Assembly: GCA_963763775.1 (NCBI GenBank)
Contig: CAVXPZ010000003.1
Span: 448,001-512,000 of the forward strand
Origin: an uncultured Chloroflexia bacterium
Lineage (GTDB): Bacteria; Chloroflexota; Limnocylindria; Limnocylindrales; CSP1-4
Direction: 5' to 3'
DNA length: 64,000 bases
Of this stretch, positions 55,529-64,000 are shown piece by piece. The first letter of the stretch is position 1; each line of letters opens with the position of its first letter. The position numbers were made by a program, and so were the translations under genes. A model generated the notes under the pieces. It did no database searches. It saw nothing but the letters and a program-made list of their open reading frames with translations, and was not told the origin of the DNA.

Positions 55529-55631
55529 GCCGGCACCGATCGCCGCCGGACGCCGGGACGGGTACAACACCATCAGCCACCGCCGGACGGGACCGCTGGG
55601 CTATTCCCGCCGGGACCATCGGAGGCGCATC

Positions 55632-55901
55632 GTGACCACGATGGAGCAGAACTCGCCCGCCGAAGAACTGCCTGCGCTCTATCGCGCCATCCTCGACCGA
55701 GTCGCGGAACTCGAGGCCGGGGGCGACCGAGCGGAGGCCGCGCGCGTGCGCGCCACCGCCACCCGGATCTACTCGCGAGCCTGGGACGAGCGGGCGCGGC
55801 GCGGGCTGACCGCCCTGCTCCGCGATGCCGCCGCGCCACCGCCGACCGGCGAGACCGCGCACACCCACGGCGTGCGCAGCGGGAGCGTCGCCACCTCCTG
55901 A
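55632..55901 (+). CDS. Small hypothetical protein
   Basis: GGAGG SD at 55621; helical AEELPALYRAILDRVAELE...YSRAWD. Confidence 0.65.
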   Translation: MTTMEQNSPAEELPALYRAILDRVAELEAGGDRAEAARVRATATRIYSRAWDERARRGLTALLRDAAAPPPTGETAHTHGVRSGSVATS

Positions 55902-55929
55902 CCCCGTCCGAGGTCGTAGGCTGTCCCCG

Positions 55930-56232
55930 ATGGCCGATCCGACCCTGCATGACGTGTTGACCCGCGCGCTCGACGCCTACGCCGCCCTCGAGCTCCTCGG
56001 CGAGGACATCGAGGACGAGTGGACGTACGTCACCGACCTCGAGGCAGCCTGGCGCGAGCGCCTGTCGGAGGTGGACGCGGCCCGCGGCTCCGAGCCGCTG
56101 GACCCGACGACCGAAGCCGCCATCGACCGCGCGATCGACGAGATCGGGCGGATCGAGGATCCGCACCGGGCGATCGACTGGCTCTCGACGTTCCCGCAGG
56201 TCGTCCTCGTGGCGCTCGGCGCCTCGCTGTGA
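55930..56232 (+). CDS. Small acidic hypothetical protein
   Basis: TAGGCT 7 nt upstream; GTGA coupling to the next gene. Confidence 0.7.
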   Translation: MADPTLHDVLTRALDAYAALELLGEDIEDEWTYVTDLEAAWRERLSEVDAARGSEPLDPTTEAAIDRAIDEIGRIEDPHRAIDWLSTFPQVVLVALGASL

Positions 56233-56903
56233 GGTTCCAGGATGCCGCGCGCGATGCGCGGGCCGTGGTCTATGCCGGGATCCAGGCCGACCCCCTCGTC
56301 GCGCGGATCGCCGGCCGGTTGGCCGATGCGAGCGTGCCGCAGCGGGTGCTGGCTCGTGCCGTGATGAATGGTGAGACGACGGACGCCGGTGCGTGGCGTG
56401 CGATGTTCCCGACGCTGTTCGACGCCGCGGCCGAGGCGGCCGACCTCGAGCGGAGCGAGGCCGTCCTGGCCGCGTCCCTCGAGGTCGCCGAGCGCGGCGA
56501 GCAGGTCCGAAGCCAGTTCCGAGGCGCCATCGTGGAGGCCGTCACGGCCGAGTTGCTCGCGCGGCGGGTCGGTGCGGACGCGGTCCGCCGCGAACGGCGG
56601 ATCCTCTTCGACGGTGTCACCGCCGAGATCCACCCATACGACGTCACGGTGGAACGTACCGGATCCGCCGAGGCCTACGACTGCAAGTGGGGCGCACGCG
56701 GCATCAACGCCGACGTGCTGTACCAGCTCGACGACGCGCGGACGCACGCGGCCGACGAGGAGGAGCCGCTGTCGGTCGCGCTCGTCGTGTTCGATGCGGA
56801 GCGCTCCTGCCGCGTCCGCCTCGAGCGCCAGACGGCCCCGACCACGGACACCGCGCTCGTCTCGCTCGAGTCGCTCGATCGGCTCGCCGGGGCGGATCGG
56901 TGA
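56229..56903 (+). CDS. Hypothetical protein with restriction endonuclease-like motif
   Basis: GAIVE...PYDVTVE...EAYDCKW; coupled to neighbours on both sides. Confidence 0.65.
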   Translation: MRFQDAARDARAVVYAGIQADPLVARIAGRLADASVPQRVLARAVMNGETTDAGAWRAMFPTLFDAAAEAADLERSEAVLAASLEVAERGEQVRSQFRGAIVEAVTAELLARRVGADAVRRERRILFDGVTAEIHPYDVTVERTGSAEAYDCKWGARGINADVLYQLDDARTHAADEEEPLSVALVVFDAERSCRVRLERQTAPTTDTALVSLESLDRLAGADR

Positions 56904-57643
56904 GCGATCGCGAGCCCGACCGCTGCTCGCAGCCCTACCGCGTGCGCTTCGACGAAGCCGGGCCGGACAGCCGGGTCCGCACGTCGGTCCTGCTCCGCTA
57001 CACGCAGGACCTCGCCTCGTACCACTCCGCGGTCCGTGGCTTCGACCGCGCCTGGTATCGGGAGCGCGGACTCGTCTGGCTGGTCCGAGCGGCCGAAGTG
57101 GCGGTGCTGGCACCGATCGCCTACGGCGATGACATGGTCGGCACGACCCAGGTGGTCGGGTGGCGGCGGGTCTGGGCACGCCGGCGGACGGAGTTCCACG
57201 ACGCCGCCGGATCGCTGCTCGCGTGGGTCCACATCGACTGGGTCCTTCTCGACGCGCGGTTCCGGCCGACGCGGATCCCGCCCGAGTTCGACGGGGCGTT
57301 CGGGGCGCCCGAGGCCACGTTCCCGCTGGGTCGCGTCGAGCTCGGCGCGGCGCCGGCCGACGTCGTAGTTCGGTCCTTCTCCGTCCGGCCGCAGGAGCTC
57401 GACCCGATGGACCACGCGAACAACGCCGTCTACGCGGACTGGCTCGACGAGTCTGTGATCGAGGCCGGGGACGTCGCCGCGACCAGGGCCGTGCCCCGCC
57501 GAGTCCGGCTCGAGTACGCCCAGTCGGCGGAACGCGGCGCCGCGGTGGATGCCGTCACGTGGCGGGCCGACGGCGGGTGGTCGTGCCGATGCTCCGACGC
57601 CACCGGGACCGAGCTGCTCCGCGCCACCTTGGTGCCCGCGTGA
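56900..57643 (+). CDS. Acyl-ACP thioesterase (double hotdog)
   Basis: YRVRFDE, WLVR, VRPQELDPMDHANNAVYADWLDE. Confidence 0.85.
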   Translation: MSDREPDRCSQPYRVRFDEAGPDSRVRTSVLLRYTQDLASYHSAVRGFDRAWYRERGLVWLVRAAEVAVLAPIAYGDDMVGTTQVVGWRRVWARRRTEFHDAAGSLLAWVHIDWVLLDARFRPTRIPPEFDGAFGAPEATFPLGRVELGAAPADVVVRSFSVRPQELDPMDHANNAVYADWLDESVIEAGDVAATRAVPRRVRLEYAQSAERGAAVDAVTWRADGGWSCRCSDATGTELLRATLVPA

Positions 57644-58158
57644 GCGATCCGGCCCCGACGCTTCGCGGCGACCGCGTGATCCTGCGGCCGGTGACGCCGG
57701 GCGATCGCCCGAGATTGCGCGAGGTCCTCGCCGAACCGTCCGTCGCGCGCTGGTGGACGTACGGGTCGCCCGACGAGCGCGTCGCCGACTGGCTCGACGA
57801 CGCCGACTCGGTGATCCTCGCGATCGAGGTCGACGGCGAGGTCGTCGGGAGCATCCAGTTCTTCGAGGAGCCCGGCGCCGACTACCGGCATGCCTCGATC
57901 GACCTGTTCCTCGCGACGGCCTTCCAGGACCAGGGACTCGGACCGGAGGCGATCCGACTGGTGGCGCGCCACCTCATCGAGGCGCGCGGCCACCATCGAC
58001 TGACGATCGACCCGTCGGCCGCGAACGCCCGCGCGATCCGCGCCTATGCGCGCGTCGGGTTCCGCCCGGTCGGGGTCATGCGGTCCTACGAGCGCGGCCC
58101 GGACGGGACGTGGCACGACGGCCTGCTCATGGACATGCTCGCCGGCGAGCTGCGATAG
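57640..58158 (+). CDS. RimJ/AAC(6')-like GNAT acetyltransferase
   Basis: QDQGLG, TIDPSAANARAIRAYARVGF, WHDGLLMD. Confidence 0.85.
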   Translation: MSDPAPTLRGDRVILRPVTPGDRPRLREVLAEPSVARWWTYGSPDERVADWLDDADSVILAIEVDGEVVGSIQFFEEPGADYRHASIDLFLATAFQDQGLGPEAIRLVARHLIEARGHHRLTIDPSAANARAIRAYARVGFRPVGVMRSYERGPDGTWHDGLLMDMLAGELR

Positions 58159-58266
58159 CCCGCTCGCGACGGCCGGGCAGGCCTTCGACCGTTCCGACGC
58201 ACGGACGCACCGGCCGGATCCGCACGAGACGGACCCGGCCGGCGGGAGACGAGCGCCCCCGGCTCC

Positions 58267-59070
58267 CTAGAGCTCCTGGCGGTCGAAGACCAGCTTCGCC
58301 CCGACGACGATGACGACCATCGACACCAGCCAGCCGGCGAGGGTCAGGACCGAGGCCGGATCGCCCTTGGCGGTCGCCATGGCCCACACGCCGATCGAGG
58401 TCGGGGAGAGGTCTCCGACGATCGGCAGGAGACCGCCGAGGATCTGCGGGATGAACATCACGGCGAAGGCGGCACCGGCCACCCCGGCGGTCGACTTGAT
58501 GGCCGTCCCGAGGCCGATGGTCAACGCGATGTAGAAGGCCGGCAGCGTGAGGAACAGCAGGCCGAAGGTCGCCACGGTGGCGAGGTCCGGCAGGCCGCCG
58601 TACACGACGGTCGCGAGCGCCGAGGCCACCATGAGCGGCACGATGACCGCCGCGGCGCTGAACACGAGGAACGCGGCGAGGAACTTGGCGGCGATGATGC
58701 TGGTCGGCGCGACCGGGTTGGTGAGGCTCCACGCGAGCGTCCCGCGGTCGCGCTCGGTCGAGACCAGGGCCATCGTGGCCACGACCGCGATCAGTGCGAC
58801 GGTCTGACCTGTCCAGCCGAGCAGCACGTTCGTGGTCGGGTCCATCGTCTTGAGACCGGCGGCCTCCGCCTCATGGGTGGCCTCGGCGATGAACGGGATG
58901 AGGGTCATGAACACCGCTCCGGCGATCGAGACGCCGGCGATGATCAGGGCCTTGGGCCCGCGCAGCCACTCGGTCAGCTCCTTGCGGAACACGGTGCCGA
59001 AGCCGAGGAACATGTCGCCGCGGGGGCGGGATGTGACGGCCGGATCGATGGTCACGGACTGGGCGGTCAT
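58267..59070 (-). CDS. ABC-2 type permease
   Basis: RKELTEWLR, ERDRGTL, AAKF, FDRQEL. Confidence 0.85.
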   Translation of the reverse strand: MTAQSVTIDPAVTSRPRGDMFLGFGTVFRKELTEWLRGPKALIIAGVSIAGAVFMTLIPFIAEATHEAEAAGLKTMDPTTNVLLGWTGQTVALIAVVATMALVSTERDRGTLAWSLTNPVAPTSIIAAKFLAAFLVFSAAAVIVPLMVASALATVVYGGLPDLATVATFGLLFLTLPAFYIALTIGLGTAIKSTAGVAGAAFAVMFIPQILGGLLPIVGDLSPTSIGVWAMATAKGDPASVLTLAGWLVSMVVIVVGAKLVFDRQEL

Positions 59071-59852
59071 GCCGCCACCTCCTTCTGTGCCGATGGACGC
59101 ACGCTTGCCTGCGTGCTGTAGGACCTGGATCGGACGATGAGCGCGACCGCGATCACCAGGTAGATGGACCCGGTGGCCAGCAGTGCCGACGTGCGGTCGA
59201 CGCCCGGAAGCAGGATCGGGATCGAGATGTTGGCGGCGCCGTGCATCACGGTGGCGACGACGACGCTATATCGGGCCCGCTCGGCGACGAAGCCGATGAC
59301 GACGGCGAACGGCACCACCCACCACGCGAAGACCGCGAAGGCGGCGAGGCCCTGGTCTGGCTGGAGATAGATGGGCAGGTGCCAGAGCGTCCAGACGATG
59401 CCGGTCACGAGGCCCGCCGCCGGGAGGCTCATCCGCGTCCGAAGCCGCGGCATGAGGAACCCGCGCCAGCCGATCTCCTCGCCGATGACGAGGACGAAGA
59501 TCAGCATCTCGACGGCGCTGACCGAGCCGACGCCTGGAGCGGCATGGCCGACGAGCGTGTAGGCCGCGACCGCCCCGGCGGCGACCGCGAACGGGATCCC
59601 GAGCGCGGCGGCGTACGAGGACGGCGCTTCGCGCCAGTCGGCGATCCGCCGCCGAAGGTCGCCGATCGAGCCATCGGCCCAGGTCACCACGAGCGCGCCG
59701 AGCGCCGGGCCGAACAGCGCCAGGAGCCCGAACATGACCGACACCGAGAGCAGCCCGGTCATGGCCCACGACGAGCCGAAGGCGATGACGAGGAAGGACG
59801 GGATCGGATGGCGGGCGATGACGCCCCGGACCGGCCCGGCCACGGCGGTCAT
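59067..59852 (-). CDS. CPBP (Abi/CAAX) intramembrane protease
   Basis: GEEIGWRG, WTLWHLP, MHGAAN. Confidence 0.9.
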   Translation of the reverse strand: MTAVAGPVRGVIARHPIPSFLVIAFGSSWAMTGLLSVSVMFGLLALFGPALGALVVTWADGSIGDLRRRIADWREAPSSYAAALGIPFAVAAGAVAAYTLVGHAAPGVGSVSAVEMLIFVLVIGEEIGWRGFLMPRLRTRMSLPAAGLVTGIVWTLWHLPIYLQPDQGLAAFAVFAWWVVPFAVVIGFVAERARYSVVVATVMHGAANISIPILLPGVDRTSALLATGSIYLVIAVALIVRSRSYSTQASVRPSAQKEVAA

Positions 59853-60799
59853 GCCGCCACCTCCTGCTGGTCGATGAGGCGCAGGAAGACGGTCTCGAGG
59901 TCGAGGGTCTCCTCCGCGTTGCTGATGAGCGTCAGCCCGGCGTCCACCGCGAAGCGCGTGATCGAGCGCTGGACGGTCGCCGAGGCCCCGTCGAGGCTGG
60001 TCACGTCGAAGGTCGTGACGTCGGACGTCCGCTGCACGAGGGTCACCTGGGCCACGCCCGGGAGACCGCGCAGTCCGGCGGCCGTGTCGTCCGTCGCGCC
60101 GCCGAGGACGACGCGGAGCATGTTGCGGGTGAACGAGCCCAGCAGGTCCTGGGTCGGGGCCGCCTTGACGAGCCGCCCGTGGTCGAGGATCGCGACGTGG
60201 TCGCTCACCCGCTGGACGTCGTCGAGGATGTGCGTCGAGTAGAAGACCGTCGTCTCGCCCTTGAGCTCGCGCATCAGGTCGAGCACGTCCTTGCGGCCGA
60301 TGGGGTCCAGGGCCGAGACCGGCTCGTCGAGCAGGAGCACCGCCGGTCGGCCGACGAGGGCCTGGGCGATGCCCAACCGCTGACGCATCCCGCCGGAGTA
60401 CGTGGCGGTCCGACGATCGCCGGCCTCGGCGATGCCGACGCGACCCAGGAGGGTCGTGATCCGGCGCTCGCGATCCGGGTCGGCGCCACGGAAGCGCGCC
60501 GCGTACCGGAGGGTCTCGCGTCCGGTCATCCAGCCGTAGAACCTGGGGTCCTGGGCGAGGTACCCGAGCTGCCGCCGATGATCGCCGGCGGCCGATACCG
60601 GGACGCCGTTGATCGTCGCGCCGCCGGCCGTGCTCCGGGCGAGACCGGCGAGGACCTTGAGGGTGGTGGTCTTGCCCGCTCCGTTCGGGCCGAGAAAGCC
60701 GAACACGGTGCCGGATGGCACGTCCAGCGTGAGGTCGGTGAGGGCCTGGACACCCTGGTAGTGCTTCGTCAGGCCGACCATCGAGATGGCGTTCGTCAT
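59849..60799 (-). CDS. ABC transporter ATP-binding protein
   Basis: GPNGAGKTT, YSGGMRQR, DEPVSALD, STH; ATG 60799. Confidence 0.92.
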   Translation of the reverse strand: MTNAISMVGLTKHYQGVQALTDLTLDVPSGTVFGFLGPNGAGKTTTLKVLAGLARSTAGGATINGVPVSAAGDHRRQLGYLAQDPRFYGWMTGRETLRYAARFRGADPDRERRITTLLGRVGIAEAGDRRTATYSGGMRQRLGIAQALVGRPAVLLLDEPVSALDPIGRKDVLDLMRELKGETTVFYSTHILDDVQRVSDHVAILDHGRLVKAAPTQDLLGSFTRNMLRVVLGGATDDTAAGLRGLPGVAQVTLVQRTSDVTTFDVTSLDGASATVQRSITRFAVDAGLTLISNAEETLDLETVFLRLIDQQEVAA

Positions 60800-60871
60800 G
60801 CGTCTGCTCCCTTCCGAGCGCGGCGGTCGCCTCGCTGACCCGAGCCTGGGAGCCGTCGCCCCGGGTGCCAT

Positions 60872-60932
60872 CCGGGCTCCCCCGACAACCGGGGCAGGGT
60901 CAGCCCTCCGGGCCATTCGCGGGCCTGCCCCG
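60872..60932. promoter_or_regulatory. Three GGG-N4-CCC boxes in a divergent intergenic region
   Basis: CCGGG-CTCC-CCCGA 60872, CAGGG-TCAG-CCCTC 60895, GCGGG-CCTG-CCCCG 60919; similar to the boxes at 63870-63900. Confidence 0.4.
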
Positions 60933-61006
60933 ATGGGGCTGATGCCGGCCGGCGCGAGTCTCACTCCACGGGCGATATGGACCTGCCCGACCAAGGAGAT
61001 CGACCG

Positions 61007-62112
61007 ATGACCGCGACGACTGACCCCCGGCCTCGCCGGACCGCCCGGAAGTACATCCGACGAGCCGCCACCGCCTTCCTGCTGGTCGTGGTGGTCGGCC
61101 TCGGGCTCGGATTCGGGTACGAGACGGTCAGCGCGTGGAGTGACGCGCGGGACCATCCCGCGCCCGGGACGCTGGTGGATGTCGGTGGCGTTCGGATGCA
61201 CCTCCGCTGTGTCGGCGAGGGCAGCCCGACGGTGGTGCTGGACGCTGGCCTCGGCGGGTGGTCGCTGGACTGGGCACTGGTCCAGCCGTCGATCGGCGCG
61301 ATGACGCGCGTCTGTTCGTACGACCGGCCCGGGATGGGCTGGAGCGAGCGCTCGCGACGAGCCCCGGGACGCCGAGCATGCCGTCGCCGAGCTGCACGCG
61401 TTGCTGGCCGACGGCGGTGTGACGGGACCCTTGCTCCTCGTCGGGCACTCGAACGGCGGGCTTCGGACCGTCCTGTACGCAGCGACGCTACCCCGAAGAC
61501 GTGGCTGGCCTCGTCCTCGTCGATCCGACGCCGATCGCGTCCGATGACGACCAGCTGGCCTTCCTGACCCCGGCCGAGCAGGACGAGCTGCGTTCCCTCG
61601 ACGCCTCGTCGGCGACGGCACCATCGGGCGGCGGAGTGTCGCTCCTCGACGTGATCGCGACGCTGCGGCCGTTCGGGATCGCCCGGCTCCTGTCGGGCGG
61701 TTTCACGCACGGCACGGTCTACGACTACCTGGACCCGGCGGCACAGGCCGACTACCGCGCCGGCATCAACGGGTCGTCCTTCCTCGAGACCCTCATGGCC
61801 GAGACCGCGACGCGCGACGCGAGCATCGAGCAGGTCCGCCGGGCCACCGCCGGGGCGACGCCCCTTGGCGACACCCCGCTCGCGGTCCTGGCCTCGACGG
61901 GTCTGACGGCATTCGCCGCCGATCCCGTGCCGGCGAGACTCGCCGGTCGGAAGGGCGAGCTGCTGACGAAGCTCCGCGTGGCGGCGGTCGCGGACCTCGC
62001 CCGGCTGTCAGCTCGTGGCAGCGCGACCACGATCACGGGATCCGGCCACTACGTCCAGATCGACCGACCCGACGCCGTGATCGCGGCGATCAGGACGATG
62101 CTCGGGAGATGA
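61007..62112 (+). CDS. Membrane-anchored alpha/beta hydrolase (frameshifts near 61350 and 61480)
   Basis: AAGGAG SD; GEGSPTVVLDAGLG, YDRPGMGWS, VGHSNGG (third frame), GLVLVD, SGHYVQIDRPD. Confidence 0.85.
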
Positions 62113-62143
62113 CCGGTGGCGGCGAGGCCTCCGCGGTCACCGA

Positions 62144-63833
62144 TCAGGCGATCGGGATCTCGGCGACGACGCGGGTCCCGCCGCCGGCCGGACTCTCGAC
62201 GGTCAGACGTCCGCCGAGGGCCGCGACACGGTCCTGCAGACCACGGATGCCCGACCCCCTGTCGCGATCCGCGCCGCCGACGCCGTCGTCGCCGACCTCC
62301 ACGATGGAGGATCGGGCCTCGGCACGCAGCGTCGATGCTGACTCGCGTCGCCGACGCGTACTTGGCCACGTTGGCCAGCGACTCGGAGACGACGAAATAG
62401 GCCGTGGCCTCGACCGGCGGCGACAGGCGCCGGTCAGGGATGGCGGTGACGTCGGCGGGCACGGTCGATCGGTCGGCCAGGGCCATGATCGCGGCGCCGA
62501 GTCCGGCTTCCGTCAGGATCGCCGGGTGGATGCCACGAGCGAGCTCCCGGAGCTCCCGGATCGCGATCCGGAGTTCGGCCGCCGCGTCGTCCGCGGCGGC
62601 GATCGCTTCGTCATTCGGCGCCACCGGGCGGACCAAGGTGGGATCGCAGCAGTCGCAGGGCGAGGGAGAGCGAGACGAGACGCTGCTGCGCACCGTCGTG
62701 AAGGTCGCGCTCGAGCCGGCGACGCTCCGCGTCGGTCGCCTCGACGATCCTCGCCCGAGACCGGCGGACCTCGGCCTCGGCCGCCCGTTGGTCCGTGAAG
62801 TCCCGGACGATCGCCGTCACCTCCTCGGGGCCGCTCGGGGCGATCCGCGCCTCGTACTGGCGACGCTCCGAACCGACGTCGAGCGAGAAGTCGTACGCCT
62901 GCAGTTCTCCGGCGTCGAGCGCACGATCGGCCGCCTGGAGGGCCGCGCTCGACGCCACCTCGAACATCCGATCATGGAGCCGTCGTCCGGCCAGCTCGGT
63001 GCCGGCGGGCGGCCCGTCGCCGCCACGCCCGACGCGCCGTCGTCCGATCGCTCGTCGACGTACCGGCCGTCGCGGGCGAAGCGGAACATGCGGTCCGGGA
63101 TCGCATCGACGATCGCCTGGAGCCGATGCTCGCTCTGCCGATAGAAGCCGATCAGAAGCGCGATCGGGATCGCCGCGGGCGCCAGGTCCTTGGCCGCCAC
63201 GAGGATCGCCCCGACATCGTCGGGCACGTCGGCGATCCGCCGGACGATGTTGATCATGAGCGTCGCGAGGAAGACGAGGCCGGCGACCAGGACCGGCAGG
63301 AGGTCGCGCCGCGCGCGCGCCGGGGCGATCAGCCACCGTCGGAGCACGACGACGCTCGTCATCACGGCCAGGGCCAGGCCGCCGTACAGGCCGCTCGACT
63401 TGTCGGCGATGAGGGTCAGGCTCGTGGAGTAGAGGACGTTGAGGGCCGTGACGCCGACCGCGAGGATCGCGACGGCCGCCCGGTCGACCGCGGTCTCGAG
63501 ACGCCCGCTCGGGTAGGCGAGGACGAGCGCCAGCAGGATGATGGCCGATGTGTCCTCGAACGCCAGCGCGAGCTCGTTGACGATCGGGACGCTGGCGCCG
63601 ATCAGGGTGCCGATGAACCAGGTCAGGCCGACCAGGGTCATCAGCAGCCCGGTGCGGTTGTCGGGGGCGTGACCCCAGATCACGAGCCCGCCGTACAGAT
63701 AGGTCAGGCCGATGGCGAGCTGGAGCATGCCGGCCTCGGGCGGCGTCCCCTGGCTCACGGCGAACGCCTCTCCGGCGACGGCCGCGACCGTCCCCGCCAC
63801 GCCGATCGCGACCCGGAGCGAACGTGCGCTCAT
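62144..63833 (-). CDS. Membrane sensor histidine kinase, HisKA_3 type with PAS-like domain (several frameshifts)
   Basis: Multi-TM N-terminus; ERRRLERDLHDGAQQ, ARGIHPAIL, ESLANVAKY, DDGVGGA; ends RVVAEIPIA*. Confidence 0.85.
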
Positions 63834-63869
63834 GCCGCGGACTCTGCCACACGACCCCGATGCTGCAAG

Positions 63870-63900
63870 CAGGGATAACCCTGAGTCCGGGATAACCCTG
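63870..63900. promoter_or_regulatory. Direct repeat GGGATAACCCTG x2 (quasi-palindromic CAGGG-ATAA-CCCTG), likely response regulator sites
   Basis: Copies at 63872-63883 and 63889-63900, between the divergent kinase and regulator genes. Confidence 0.7.
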
Positions 63901-63935
63901 TAGGTGGACGGGCGATCGCGTGCCACGATGGCGGC

Positions 63936-64000
63936 ATGAGCACCATCCTCATCGTCGACGACCATGCCGGCTTCCGAGCCCAGGCTCGGGCGCTGCTGCA
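63936..64000 (+). CDS. Response regulator receiver (partial, runs off window)
   Basis: MSTILIVDDHAGFRAQARALL. Confidence 0.85.
   Translation, partial: MSTILIVDDHAGFRAQARALL

Noticed and set aside
57640-58158. Bona fide aminoglycoside resistance gene
   Set aside because: Family resemblance only. It sits in a chromosomal operon with no mobile context, and the substrate cannot be inferred.

Overview
High-GC bacterial chromosomal window. The gene repertoire suggests Chloroflexota, possibly Limnocylindria-like (inference only). Many conserved genes carry single-base indels, which look like long-read consensus errors, so several ORFs in the supplied track are false fusions or fragments. Contents in order: a complex I (nuo) operon (1-14985, minus); MidA/NDUFAF7 methyltransferase; folK; peptidase E; F420-type LLM enzyme; glpX; purH; VWA lipoprotein; an hspR-lon-dnaJ(cbpA)-clpB-nudix operon; a KimA-like APC/USP/TrkA K+ cluster; rsmG; csoR; an hpt operon with AroM-like, DHDPS-like and allantoinase-like genes; a liv ABC transporter; a NYN nuclease with a long disordered tail; holB; acylphosphatase; thioesterase and GNAT genes; an ABC/CPBP/hydrolase cluster; and a NarL-type two-component system. 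Main discovery: the complex I operon has no intact nuoI. NuoI is split between its two ferredoxin motifs. The N-half is fused to a truncated NuoE, and the C-half is fused to the end of an StnC/NfnA-like NuoG::GltD flavoprotein, with a degenerate NuoF gene between them. An EFG-like, probably NADPH-linked input module thus sits inside nuoI and would dock to the quinone module through Fe-S clusters ligated by two different polypeptides. No rRNA, tRNA, CRISPR array or mobile element was recognised.
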